Origin: Antedon mediterranea
Lineage: Eukaryota > Animalia > Echinodermata
Assembly (NCBI RefSeq): GCF_964355755.1
Contig: NC_092674.1
Coordinates: 30,256,001 to 30,320,000 of the forward strand
Reading direction: 5' to 3'
Length of the DNA stretch: 64,000 bases
Under the pieces are notes generated by a model. That model had not been told where the DNA came from. It worked only from the letters and a program-made list of their open reading frames with translations, and made no database searches. Within the stretch, counting starts at the first letter, position 1; the number at the start of each line of letters is the position of its first letter. Both the position numbers and the translations under genes were made by a program. Shown piece after piece: positions 23,501 through 37,100 of the stretch.

Positions 23501-26500
23501 TCGGTCCAACAATGGAAGTTCCTGCAATTGCAGAAAACATTAAGAACAATTTGTTTTTGCATTCATGTTTTTTATTTCAGCGATCCTTTGAACGAATATT
23601 AATACTTGGCAGGTCTATATTTTGACTAATTTTAAAGGGAGCTTCTAATATAATTACCATACACTATCGTCGTCGAGCGAATCAATAGGTTTACCATCAC
23701 TATCAAAGTGATAGTCCATAATGCAGTTGCCGTCAGTATCGTGAGCCGACGCTGTGTTGCACACAGGCCGTGCTGGTATGCCAAGCGCTCTTAAAGCTGT
23801 CAAGTAAAGAAACGGGTTGTGAATAACACAAGTAACGCAGATGATTTACATGCGACGCAAATAACGCAATGATGTAGACACAACGCAAGTTGATCACAAG
23901 CGACACAGTTCGGCTGACCCATCGCGTTGTAATTGGTTACATTTATTGTGGCGCACACTTACGTCCTTGCGTTGCGTCCAAAGTGGGAGAAAATAATTTG
24001 ATTTAAAATAAATAGCTACAAACTTACCAGTTGTTAAGACGTTTGCAAAAACCCAGCACTGAGCGTACTTAACTGGCTTCTTTGTCATTGTGTATTGCTT
24101 AAAAATTGCGGCACTTCCGGTCCAAGCTGTAGGCTCGGTACCGTCGCTATACTCACCACTCCAATTACCCACAAGCATCCCATTGTCATCGTTACTATTA
24201 ATCTACAAAATATTACAATTTTAAAACAAATTTATAACAACCAAGTCGCGTCAACATGAGTTGGAGAATCGGGAGGTTAATTTGTTTCATTCAATCAAAT
24301 ATATAATTGACAGAGTGTAGACAGAGCTTTAGGCATGCAAACGATACATACTATACGGAGTATGTTTCGATTTTTGTTGGCCGCACCTAATTAGTATGTC
24401 CCGGATGGCGCCCCGTACTACAAGTAATCCTGTATTGCTCCAGAACCTCACCTATTTCCGTTGTTAAGGTGATTACATGTACCACAAACCAACTATGTTT
24501 CTTTACCATGTAATACTTGCAATACACAATATCTTAAAATCATAAATTATGATTTATAAAATTGCTTACTAAAGCCGAAAGCATCCGGGAAACCTCAATA
24601 GGATTACCGAAAGATCTTGGTTTGGTACGCTTAGTTCGAAGAAGATCCAAGACGCCGCCTACTACATAATCTTCATACTAAAAGATAAAACAAAATTACT
24701 CAAAAACGTTGGCAAAAAACCGTCAGCTGCTCAGTTTCACAAACGGACGAGTAGGTACAAGTGTCGTGCATACTTTACAAGCTACTATACTACTTACGTC
24801 AGTAATGGTAATAATAAGTTCTTTGAAAAACTCAAACTTAACCGTACCTGACCCATATACCACTTGGCACCTGAAACTCTTGTTTGGGCTCCATAGAAGT
24901 ACATGCCTTGGTCGTTGAGAACGTATTCCTGTCTTTCAGCCTCATTACTAAGATAAACATCATCGTCTTAAAAAAGTACAAAAACAGAAATATTACTAAG
25001 TGTAAGGATGCATCGGGGTCGGGGGGGGGGGGGGGGGTAACTCGCCTGATCCATTCCTCTGATGTCATTTTCAGAAAAGTGGATATTGATGACGTCAAAA
25101 AGGATTATTAAATCTCAATTTATCTTTATCTTCAATAAAAACCAAAAGACCTTTATGTTTATTTTGCTCTCTTTATTATTACGCAAGTTTCTGAGCGCAT
25201 AATTTATATTACGAGTCTGTAGTCGTTTTTGTCTTTTGTATTCAATTGTATTTGTGTCTGTCTGGAGATGTGAAATAATTTATGTAAAATGATGACTTGT
25301 ATAATTAATGAGATGATGTTGCTGGTAATGACGTAAGAAGAGCGCGCATTGAACCTTGTTCAGAATAACTGTAAGAGGAATCTAGAAAGTACATTAAAAG
25401 GTTACCACATTCTATGAAATAAGCAGCTTATTGCTTGTCAATAACTCGAATGCGCATGCTCATTGTGTAAGGGTGTAGTGCGTGACGATTGCATTCAATA
25501 GATCTCTAGGATCGAAATTATTATAATGTATTATACATAATTATTATTTACAGTTAATACATTGTTTCGATTGCTTGGTTTTGTTTGTGCTGTTTCCAGG
25601 CACGCTAGCTTATTCAACGTGTTTCATAATAAAACACCTAATGCTACGTTCAAACTGAGATTCCGGATTTGGTCCGGTGACTGGATTATAACCCGTGAAT
25701 ATTTTATGTAGAATGTAAGAATATAACCGTCCATACTATAAAAATTATTCTGGATTCCATACAAAACGTACGTGTGTGGACCGTATGAAAACGCTGAAAT
25801 AGCCCAGATTTTCCTCAGGTCACCGGAGCGAATCAGCAAGCAGTCTGAACGTAGCTTAATTAGGGAAGGGTCACCGGAGCGAATCAGCAGACAGTCTGAA
25901 CGTAGCTTAAAAAGACATGTCACTGGACCAAATCAGCACATAGTCTGAACGTAGCTTAAGGGACAGGTCACCGGAGCGAATCAGCACACAGTCTGAACGT
26001 AGCTTAAGCATGATTCTCACCTTTACTCCAGGGATTAAACAGAAGGAAAATTTTATCTTTCACGACCATCTTGTTTTTGCGCCCATTTTCATCCGTCATG
26101 TACAAGACCAAGTTGAACCGTCCAATCAAACTATCGGCCTTAGTGTAAAGGGATAGTGATACCTTGGATCCTGTTCCCTTTTTAACTAACGTTCCCCAGT
26201 CATCAAAGGTTGACGATATCGGAGCAGTAAGGGGAGGTAGAATAGCCAGACTGCCATCAGATATTTTAGGAGTATTACCTATTGAGGAGGAAAGAAAGAA
26301 TGATTTTAAACATTACATTTTGTTGTATGCAAATTTGTTTGTCCACATACCGTACCATTTATGTTTGCCTTCATTATAGGTCGACTATTAATAATAACTG
26401 TATCAATGATTTGTAGGGACGGTGGGGATCGGGTTTATTTTGCCCAAAATGGAATTTTGCTACATCATGAGTTGAGAATTGTTGAGCGAATATAATATTT

Positions 26501-27607
26501 TCTTTGTATCCCTTTTATACCAGTATTGATTATTTTATTCTCTCCATACAGTATAATATAACCAGTAGCACTAGTAAGCTTAAAACTATATATTATGCTT
26601 CAGGTAATTAAAGGTGTTCGTGCATGAACAGCTGCCATGCCATATAAGGCTACTTTAGATTTGCTGTAAAAAATAGAAAAATTAGAATAACAATATAAAT
26701 CAACTAATAAATAAAATCACATGGTTCTCTCACCCCATTTTAGCTCAGCCGATGCCTTGTGTTTGCTGACGTCATAATCCCGATTCAATGTTACATCTAC
26801 TTTGATAACCTGACCCCTTCGTACCACTAATTCCTTGTTTTCATATTCGTCAGTTCGATGATTCTTTTGATTTGCGTCCAAGTTCAAATCGTATGAAACT
26901 ATTTTCAAAGACCCGTCTGAAGAGAAAAAATAATTTATGCTTTAAATAAAAAACAAATTGAGAGAGATTTGGTACTCGTCCTAATTATGGATAAACTTTG
27001 TCTTCGTCTAAGACTCTCAGAAACATCACATTTAGGCCTACACTCTGAATGCAAATTAAAAGACGACAGCTGACGCCTCTTCCATAAAGGAACCCGAGAA
27101 GGGAATGCCTAGGGACAAAGTGTTGAATGATGCTGTCGGAAAAACAAATTCGGAAAATAGATGATTCCGAATTTGTTTTTCCGAGTTTGTCGTGGCGAGG
27201 AGCAGAACAGGATGGGTAGAGTGAGATTGTCTTGTCTCACCCTTCCCTGGCGTTGATGAGCAGAAGCAGGATGGGTAGAGTGAGATAATTGTCTTGTCTC
27301 ACTCTTCCCTGGCGTTGATGAGCAGAAGCAGGATGGGTAGAGTGAGATTGTCTTGTCTCACTCTTCCCTGGCGTGGATGAGTTAAGTTCAGAAAGCTAGT
27401 ACACGCTTATCTACAGTATCGTATGTTATTCTCTTAGCTGCTGACCTAATTAGTTTACAATACTTGAACATTATTTTATTATAGGGCCTACCAATAAAAA
27501 TTGAGCTTACCTAAATTTGCAGCAGGAGCTGGCTCTGGTGCAAGTTCATCTTCTGGTGGCTCCCAGAACCACCAAGATGGGAATTCACTATGTACTCTAC
27601 CAGCCAT
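20520..27607 (-). CDS. Transglutaminase (protein-glutamine gamma-glutamyltransferase, TGM1/F13A-like), 14 exons, apparent frameshift at exon 10/11
   Basis: Exons: 27607-27511 (less certain), 26916-26734, 26278-26021, 24966-24848, 24677-24570, 24202-24028, 23796-23658, 23521-23418, 23189-23053, 22755-22648, 22470-22189, 22066-21906, 21473-21337, 20661-20520. Motifs: LVVRRGQ, LLFNPW, GNWSGEY, catalytic [36 protein letters not shown] in the last barrel. The summed length of 2150 nt is not a multiple of 3. Confidence 0.9.
20831..21143 (+). mobile_element. Full-length tRNA-derived SINE with conserved central domain and (TAT)n tail
   Basis: Box A TGGCGCAGTGTG, box B GGTTCGAATCC, body GGCAAGATACTTTAC...CCACCCAGGTGTATAAATGGGTACC, and tail AAGCGCCTTTGAG...GGCGCTATATAAAT followed by (TAT)n. 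Confidence 0.8.
21505..21829. mobile_element. MITE family A copy inserted into an older degenerate family A copy (transglutaminase intron)
   Basis: Young copy at ~21633-21809, followed directly by an extra terminus TAGTGGGAACAAAGCTTTA and preceded by degenerate body sequence. Confidence 0.75.
25642..26008. mobile_element. MITE family D with quadruplicated right terminus
   Basis: Left end GCTACGTTCAAACTG. The ~50-bp right end GTCACCGGAGCGAATCAGCA..CAGTCTGAACGTAGCTTAA occurs four times, ending at ~25859, 25909, 25959 and 26008. Confidence 0.65.
27197..27382. repeat. ~60-bp tandem repeat, 3 copies
   Basis: GAGCAGAAGCAGGATGGGTAGAGTGAGATTGTCTTGTCTCACTCTTCCCTGGCGTTGAT. Confidence 0.88.
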
Positions 27608-28226
27608 GAGTACACACTAAGCCTAGTTGTTTTTACAATTCAGAAAACGTCGTAATGATGTTGCTACACCGTCTGTAGATTATTATATGAAACATAATTC
27701 GTTCCGCATGACTGAAGCACAGTCCGCCTGTATTGTGTAGTAGTACGGTAGATAATAAAAGTACAGTATTCATTTCCGGTAGCTATTATTTATTTCTTTG
27801 TTATACCTATATTCAGAATGCATTATAATATCTCCATGGTGAAGGTCAAAAACTCTGCAAATGCTACAATGCGCACGTAAACCGGTTTTTAAAGAATTAG
27901 TTTAGGATTAAGGTCACGCAAGTCGGAGATAGTCAACATAAGTATTGTTAAAAACATATGAACACCCGTATAATATATCTATAACAACTGAACGGAACGG
28001 GAGACAATCCTTGTGATCAATATCGATAAAACATCCGCGAACGTATTTTAGCAAGTTAAACCATGGAGTAAAGAATTACTCCATGGTTAAACCGACTAGA
28101 ATAATTCAAATTAGTCAAGGTCAGGGTGTTCGTTCATAAACTTATACAGTTATACCGCGACTATGAATAAATCTATATTCATGTACTTGTTCAGTTTCGG
28201 AACACAGAACTCCGCTGTTCAATCCC

Positions 28227-29305
28227 TAAAGCGTGGTTCCCACTAGAACGTAACGCAAGGACGTAAACGCAACGCAAGCGTTTTAACCAATGACAAGCGA
28301 AGTTATAGACAGTTAGCAATCACAAGCGAATAAGCCATCGCTTGTGATTGGTCAATTCACATGCGTTGCGTTACGTCCTTGCGTTGCGTCGCTAGTGGGA
28401 ACCACGCTTTATATTTAACCAAACGGCATCGTCTTCCGTCTTTACAGCTTCCCACTTGACAACTCAATGACCTAGCGCAACAGAAGTACACCAATCTAAG
28501 CGCAGCGTTAAGCGTGGTTCCCACTAGCGAAGCGACGCAACACCAGGACGTAACGCAACGCAAGTGAATTGACCAATCACAAGCGATGGCTTATCCGCTA
28601 ACTGTCTATAACTTCGTTTACGTCCTTGCGTTACATTCTAGTGGGAACCAAGCTTAAGTGATTTGACCAATGATAAGCGATGGATTATTCGAACTGCCGC
28701 TTGTCATTGGTCAATTCGCTTGCGTTGAATGCGTCTTACGTCCTTGCGCTGCGTCGTAGTGGAAACCAAGCTACAGTAGTAAGCGATGGATTATATTCGA
28801 ACTGTCGCTTTTAAAGCGTGGTTCCCACTAGCGACGCAACGCAAGGACGTAACGCAACGCAAGTGAATTGACCAATCACAAGCGATGGCTTATTCGCTTG
28901 CGATTGCTAACTGTCTATAACTTCGCTTGTCATTGGTTAAAACGCTTGCGTTGCGTTTACGTCCTTGCGCTGCGTCCTAGTGGGAACCAAGCTCCAGTAA
29001 TCAGCGATACGATGGATTATTCGAACTGTCGCTTGTCAGTCAACTCGCTTGCGTTTCGTCTACGTCTTTGCGTCTCTACAGCGTGGTTCCCACTAGCGAC
29101 GCAACACAAGGACGTAACGCAACGCAAGTGAATTGACCAATCACAAGCGATGGCTTATTCGCTTGCGATTGCTAACTGTCTATAACTTCGCTTGTCATTG
29201 GTTAAAACGCTTGCGTTGCGTTTACGTCCTTGCGTTACGTTCTAGTGGGAATCAAGCTTAATGTGAACCAAGCTTAAGCGACGGATCGTTGAGTGGGAAC
29301 CAAAT
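28227..29305. mobile_element. Array of 4+ MITE family A copies and fragments upstream of the transglutaminase gene
   Basis: Near-identical copies at ~28230-28408, 28511-28654, 28815-28993 and 29080-29258, interleaved with a related subfamily body (GATGGATTATTCGAACTG). Confidence 0.85.
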
Positions 29306-31118
29306 TTTAGGGATAGAGTATCGAACAAGTCACCTTCGTTAAATGAATATAGCTGATGATGTAATAAATATTGTAGGAATTCACTAAAACGTTTTCCAAT
29401 TTCTGAGGGTTTATTCTTTTAAATTACGCAACAGGACAATCATTTCAATCTCAAAATCATTTTGCTTATAGCTGGAAAAAACAAACACAAACAAATAGGC
29501 CTATGGATATATAAACAGATTGATATATACATTACTGACGCTCACGTCTGCCTGGCCATCTGCCAGTTATCATACAAGCCTAGCAAGATATAGCATGGAC
29601 CTATTTAATTATAGGTCCATGGATATAGTATTAATTGATACAAAAATCGTTGCGTGCCAAAAGCCGTGGGGTGGTGCGCCAACGAATTATACCCACATAT
29701 TAAGCATGGAGGTAAAACAAATTATTTTTTACCTCCATGTATCATTTATATTTCATATACTATGTACCAAATGGTATATTTCTATCATTTTTAATAACTT
29801 AAACACGAGCCATATTGACTAGGTTTAGTTTAAATTTCTGAAACCCTTAAAAATCTTAAGTGAGGTAGGGATAGTCAGTACATCATTACACAACATCATA
29901 ATGTTCACACCTCAGCGATTTATAAATGTATCATTCACATTCTGCAAACCTTCTGATGAGATATGACGTCATCTAATTCTAATCAATAAATCACAATCAT
30001 AAATACAGTACAATATACATTTGTTTTAAATCATTATAAACCAGTTTTTACATTGTTATTTGTAAAGGACCATGTCAAAATTATTGTACTGCAGTAACTG
30101 CAGTCAAGGCCGTAGCGAGAGGTTAAACACAGGCGAGGCAAAGATGCTTTCAATATATTATTAATATAAAATATGACAATCTGTGCTAGGGAATTGGGTG
30201 GGTGATGAAAATCATGCTATGGCCCTGGCAGTAATTACATTTAATGTACTCTTCAATCTGTTTTTGTAATACAGTATTTTCTTTATTATTTTAATTCCAT
30301 GCAATTTGGAAAATAAATTGGAGTTGAAGAAATTAATTATTTAGCAAGCTATGTAATCATACACATTTATTACAGTGAATGACTCAAACATTTAAATAAA
30401 ATCATACATTACTGCAGTAAAAGCATGTACTCCATGCATTAGCTGCAGTAGAATAATTTGACATGATCCCTAACATTAATTCCTTATCTTATAGAACTGA
30501 ACTAAAGCTATCATTATTATCCACACTGTACTATTAGGTCAAAGTACAAAAAAAGACTTTGGTAATTGTCCATAAGACTTCCTCTACAAATGTGTAATAT
30601 ATGTGTAACTCATGGTGTATATGATCAATGGACATTTCTTTCTCACCAAAATGAAACATCATAACAAACAATAAATATTAAATAAATTTGTCTTCACTAT
30701 ACCAAGTATTAATAAACTGGTAGTTCAAATGTGTGAAACATCTATTTCATTATCGCTGAAAACAAACACGCCGCTGTCTTGACATGTGCTGGAACTCGCG
30801 TCGGACTTTCCCGTATTAACAATCTCCATTTTTGTTTTGTCATTCATCTGTTCCGTGGTATCTATACTAGTTACCTCATCTTTACATATTTCATTATCTG
30901 TTACTGATGACTCATTCGCTTGTGTGCTAATCATGTCAGTTTCTAAAGATGTATTCTCTACAGTTGTGTTTTCTGTAGTATTTGATTCGGTAGTATGTGC
31001 CTTATCATTTGTTGTCAGCATTTCAACAGAGCTTTCCAAACTGTCCACATTTTCGATAATTTCAACAATGTCATTAATTTCAGAACCTTTAAGATTTGTT
31101 GATTCTCCAGCTATTTCC

Positions 31119-34100
31119 TCAGTCAAGATTTGTTGATAAATGATGAGAAGACGTTTTAGTAGATGTTGCATCCTCAATTTCAGTTGGAAAAACAGTAGTA
31201 GTAGTATCTAAACATACACTTTGTATATTAGCATCAGGCCCATCTTGTTCATTGCTAAATGTTTCTATATGATTCTGGAAAGTTTCAATAGGTTGGATAT
31301 TTAAACAATTTTGAACGGTTGTTTGCTCTGGAACAATTTGTTTGCTTTCCGTAAAATCTAGTTTTGTAATATTGCATTTGGAAATCTGCTCATTTGGTTC
31401 ATATTTAACACCTGTATGTAAATTGTCATCATCAATAGCAGAAATCACTTCAGTATTCATATTTTCAGTAAAAATAGAACCTTTGTCAGGGTTATTATTT
31501 TGGAATAGCAATTCTGGAGTACCACTTGCATCTTTTGCTGTGTAAACCGCAGATTGATCACATTGTATATCATCAACATTTGAATGATTGATTAAATCAC
31601 TTGACAAGTTATTTTTCAACATAAACTCTGAATTAATGTCTGTAACTTTTTCTGTCATCTCTCCTATATTGTGACTCATTTTGTCCGCAATAATATCCAG
31701 CACCTGCTCTACATCTTTTGGTAACAACTTGGAGAGGAATGCTTCTTCTTGGATGTCTGAAAAGTGCTGAAGATCTAATGAAGTCTTCATGTCTTGACAT
31801 TGTCTCTGTGAAAGAATATCATTATTAATTGAAACAGGAAAAAGTTGATCTTCAGAATTTGAGATAGTGGCAAGACCTGGTTGTATGTTTCCAGCAGAAG
31901 TCCAGTCTATCTGTTCTTGCGAAGCAGTGTTTTCAAAGTCTGATAGTCCATCTAAGATTGCAGAATCTTGAATAGATAAGTCTACATTTAGAAGATTATC
32001 TTCAACTTTTCCTTCATTATTATCATGTTCATCCATAGAGACCATGTCAGCAAGGAAGTCCACAAGATCCAAATTACTTCCGTTCATTGCATCTTTATCA
32101 ACGTCGCTCGGAATACTGCATCCAATTTCAAGCAAAGCTTTTACAACATCATCAAAATCACTTTCATCTGCTGAAATATCTTCTGATTTTAAAGTTGGCG
32201 CCCCTTTCTTTGGAGAATAATTAATACGTGGTAATTTAAGTGGCGACAATCTATGTTCTTTGATAGGAGATTTCTTGAGTTTTTCTGTTGAAATGTTTAT
32301 TTCTTCTTTTATCTGGATATTTTCTTTTTTTTCAACATCTTTTTCTAAAGAAGGAGCCATCCTTGGACCAATAACATAATCATGGTCAAGTGGTGCAGCA
32401 TAAACAGGGCCTTTCTTTTTCTTAGAAATGACTTTAGGAAGTCCTAGGTAGCAATGATCTAATGCGACAACCTGCGGAATTGATAAAGTTTTCCTCTTTC
32501 GATGTCTTTTCCTTTCTTTCATTTGCAGAAATTTTTTTTCCAGAAATTTTCCATTTTTCATGAGTTTTTTCTTGACGGCCGAGCACTTTGAGCGACTTGT
32601 TTTATCAAGACGATGTTTTAACTTGTCTATAGTTGATATTATGGTGTCAACATGAAAAAGATCCCATTTGTGTCCACTGTTTATCCTCTGCCTCAAATTG
32701 GATGGTCTTACTCTTTCCTTTACTGGAGATGAAACTTGATGATAGTCAAACTCATCTGAATCTGATTCAGTATCTTCATCTGTGGAATGCCAACTTCTTT
32801 TATTTGAGTTTATCATCATCTTCTCTAATTTATTGTTTATATTTACTTTTGGTTTAGTAGATGTAGCAACTTTCTTACTATTGATAACTTTGCTAACGTG
32901 AAGAACTTTATCGACATCCTCTTCAAAATCTGGGAATTCTTTTGGTTTACTGACACGAGATGTTCTTCTGGGTCTCTTTGAGTCTGTCTCTGACATTTCC
33001 TTGTGTTGATTTGTGCATTTTTTATTTGATTTTGGTTGAACTACAGAACGTGGAATTGCAATCATATCCTCATATATTCTCTTTTTCCGAATTCGTTTTC
33101 CAGGTATTTCAGAATTAGGCACACTTTCTTTCTCTTTGACAAATTTAATCTCAAGATCCTCTCGTTTACAAGGAGGTGGTGGTGGTATTCGTGACATCTT
33201 TGGAAATACTTGTCGAATCGGTTTCATGGGTAGTTTGTGGGCATGTTTTCGTTTTTTTGATTTTTTGTGCTTCTTTTTCTTTTTCACCTTAGGATAGATA
33301 ACATCATCATCGCATTCAACGCGTTTTCTTTTTTTCTTTCGAAGCTTCTTGTGAAACTTCCTTTGGTGTTTGTCAGGAAATGTCTCAAGCATATCTAACA
33401 TCAGTGAAGAGTTGTTTCCACTGTCTATCTCTTCAGATATAACTTTGTTTCTAGGACAATGTTTGATCCAATGAAGCGCCATCGTTCCCGGATTTCGAAC
33501 AGCTGTATCACACTGTGGACATGCAATCAAATTAGTCTTCAACATGTTCTTGTCTTGATGGCTTGTTAAAAAATGTGATGTTAAATCTCTCTGGTTGGAA
33601 AATTTATAACCACAGTTAAATGGACAGTCATGATAATCTTCTGAACATAAATTGCAAAACAAATTTGTGGAATTACTAAATTCAGTTCCACACATACCAC
33701 AAAATTTGCCATGTAAGTCTGTATCATCAGCTATCTCATGGTGAATTGTCTTATAGTTAATAATGCTATTATCATTGTTTTGGGATTTAATTGGCAAATG
33801 TTTCTGATTAAGATGACTTTTGAAAGCTGCAGCCGTGGAAAAGACTTGAATGCAAGAATGACATTTGTATAATCCTTTAAAATGCCCTTCTAAGTGTGCC
33901 TTCATTTCAACTCCACATCGTAAATTACAGATTGGACAATCGTAAAAAAGTGCAATCCTTCTGCGGCAGTTGCTCATGCAATGCAGTAAATAGTCAGTAA
34001 GATACTGAAAAGTTTCAAAACAGTATTGACAATCGAATTCATTTTTGGGATTATGTTCTTCCATGTGAATGTTCAACTGGAAGATACTAGCAACAAAGCA

Positions 34101-37100
34101 ATCTTTGCGACACAAGTGACATTTCCAATATGCATTCTTCCAACGATTAAATGGCTGATGGACATCTTCTGTATGCTTTTTGATGTTGTTGAGAAAATGG
34201 AATATTCTCGGACAATGATTGCATTGATAAAATTTCTTTGAAAAGTGCTCTTCTCGGTGCATTTGTAACGATTTCATTCCTAAAAATAACCGGCTACATT
34301 TGCATTCATAAATCTGCTCGTGGTTGGAATCAAAATGCACCAACAAATGTTGTTCAAAGTTTTCCATTTTGTTAAACATCATTCCACACCACGAACATCG
34401 ATTCCATTTAAAATCCTCATGAGAATCTTGATGACATTCATATGCTTTCATAGAAGAAAAAGTTAATGGACATTTTGTGCAGTTGATCTGTGGTAATTTC
34501 TTGGAAGATAGATGAATGATTGCATGACTTTTGAAATCCTCAAAACACAAGAAAATTTCTGAACATCTGCGGCAAACATACATTAGTAAAGTGTTACAAG
34601 CACACTGTTTATTTCCCAGCATTTTAACATGTTTGCTTTTGGAATATGATACATGATGTGTCTTTGTATGATTTTCACTTTCATCATCTCTCGCTGTTGT
34701 TTTAGAACAATCCATGTCGGTTTGGCACTCATTACTTTTAACATTTTCAGCTTTCTCCACAGGTTTTTCACTTGTGTTGATTTTGGTACAATCCATGCCT
34801 GTATTTTGATCGCGTTCAACATCGTCAACTTTCTCTACAAGTATTTCACTTGTGTTGACTTTGATACAATCCATATCTGTTTTGGACTGACCACTTTTAA
34901 CATTTCCAACCTTTTCCACAGGTTTGTCACTTATGTTGACTTTGGAATCCATGTCTGTATTTTGGCACTTATCACTTTCAACATTGTCAACTTTCTCCAC
35001 AAGTTTTTCACTTGTGTTGACTTTGGAATCCATGTCTGTCTGGGATCGATCACTTTGAACATTGCCAACTTTCTCCACAGGTATGTCACTTGTGTTGACT
35101 TCAGTACAATCCATGTCTGTGTTTTGGCTTTGATCTCTTTGAACATTGCCAACTTTCTCCACAATTTTTTCACTTGTGTTGACTTTGGAATCCATGTCTG
35201 TCTGGGATCGATCACTGTCAACATTGCCAACTTTCTCCACAAGTATGTCACTCGTGTTGACTTCGGTACAATCAATGTCTGTCTGGCATCGATCACTTTG
35301 AACATTGCCAACTTTATCAACAAGTTTTTCACTTGCGTTGGTACAATCCATGTCTGTTATACGATGTTGATTACTTTCAACATTGTCTTTTTCAGGTGTA
35401 TTGTGAAAATCTTTTCCTACAACATGTTGTTGTATTACTTCTTGCATGATCAGACTAGGATCACACTTAATAGCTTCATTATCGTTATTTGGAGATGTGA
35501 GTTCATCTTCGTTCTTAATTGCTCCTACCTCATCATGTTGTTTGCCGTTTTGAAGGATTTTTCCCAGAGATGTCTTTTCATCCGACACGTCATCGTCCGT
35601 TTTAGAATTAACAATTGAACTATTGAGTTGCTCAGGCAAGTGATCGTGAATGTTCTTTCTTTTAGGGTTAATTCCATTGTATATTCTTGATGTAAGCGAA
35701 GACACTTTGGGATGGCGTTTGCATTTCTGTTCATATTTGTGCACGCCGACATCCTCAAACCTACAGAATTTACGATTCCAAATCTTGTGGTACTCTAAAT
35801 GAAGAGAACCATTACGAGGTATTCTAGTATTTGGTATAAATTCAGTTCTATCTTGGAGATTGTTGGAACTTTTATACACATTATCTCTGCAACATGGTGT
35901 TGCTTTACTGATTGATGATGACGTGGAAATATGTTGTGCAATGGAGGAGATTACTTGGGACATGCAAGTTGGTACAACATCAGTTTCTAATTGAGTTGAC
36001 CTGTTTGTATTGATAGGTTTGTCAATAGATTTTGCATCACATTGTTTTTGTGTTGCGTCTTCTGATCCAGAAATATCATTCTCTTTTGACGGTTCTCCTT
36101 TTGGCGAACTGCCTGATGACCCCGAACCTTCATCTGGTTCTTCATCCTGAGTGCTTTCATATTTTGTATTTTTTTCTTCATTATCAACTTTATTAAGAAC
36201 CCGTTCGCAAATTGATGACAATTTATCTGGTTGGTATAAAGTACTTCCTTCATCGTCGTTTATGACTGTGTTTACATCTTTAACTATTAAAGGAACAGTA
36301 GATGAAATTGGTAAGTTTGACTTGATAACATCTGTACTTTGGGACGCAGTGGTAAGACTAGAGACTGTTGAAACCTTGGCTGGTGTTGTATTCGAACTCG
36401 CTGCTTCTGAAATAACCATGACATAGGGAAAAGGGCCAGTCACTGGTACCATCAACTGGCTTGGTTTTGTCTGTATTTGTGGCACTTGAGGTTGAATAAC
36501 AACACTAGAGGATGTAGTCTGATTGGTGGCTACATTACCAATTATTGGTTTTGGTATTCCTATTTGAAGTTTTGGTGGCATGGTAGTTGAGGGCGAGTTC
36601 TTGACAATATAGTGTGTGGTCCGATTTGTGGCAGTATTACTGATAATTGGTTTTGGCATTTGTATTTGCAGTTTTGGTTGCATTGTAGTTAATTGTGAGT
36701 TCTTAACCACATAGCGTGTCTTGTTTTGAGAACTTTGTGGAATAAGTATAATGTTGGAATTGGAAAGTTTTAAACCAACAATATTGCCTTTCTGTTGAGT
36801 CTGTACTTGTCCTTTGCTTAAAATTGGTCTGAATGGGCCGACAAGTCCAGGTGGCGCTGTGGCCACTTGTCTTTGTTTCACCTGAACGGTGATTCTCGGT
36901 TTTAACGTTGGCATGGTAGTAGTTGCTGGTGGGTTTGTACCACTTGTTAATACTGGCAAGTTAACAACAATTGATTTGTTTTGCATGCTAGGCCCATGCT
37001 TCAGTGGTGGTGGCAGGGGATTCATTTGGGAAGTCGTAACTGTTACAACTTCTGGCTTTTTACTAGTTAAAATTTCCTTTTTAATTTCTTCTTCACATTG

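Noticed and set aside
34653-35618. 321-aa hydrophobic + strand ORF
   Set aside because: Antisense shadow of the coding repeat in the giant exon.
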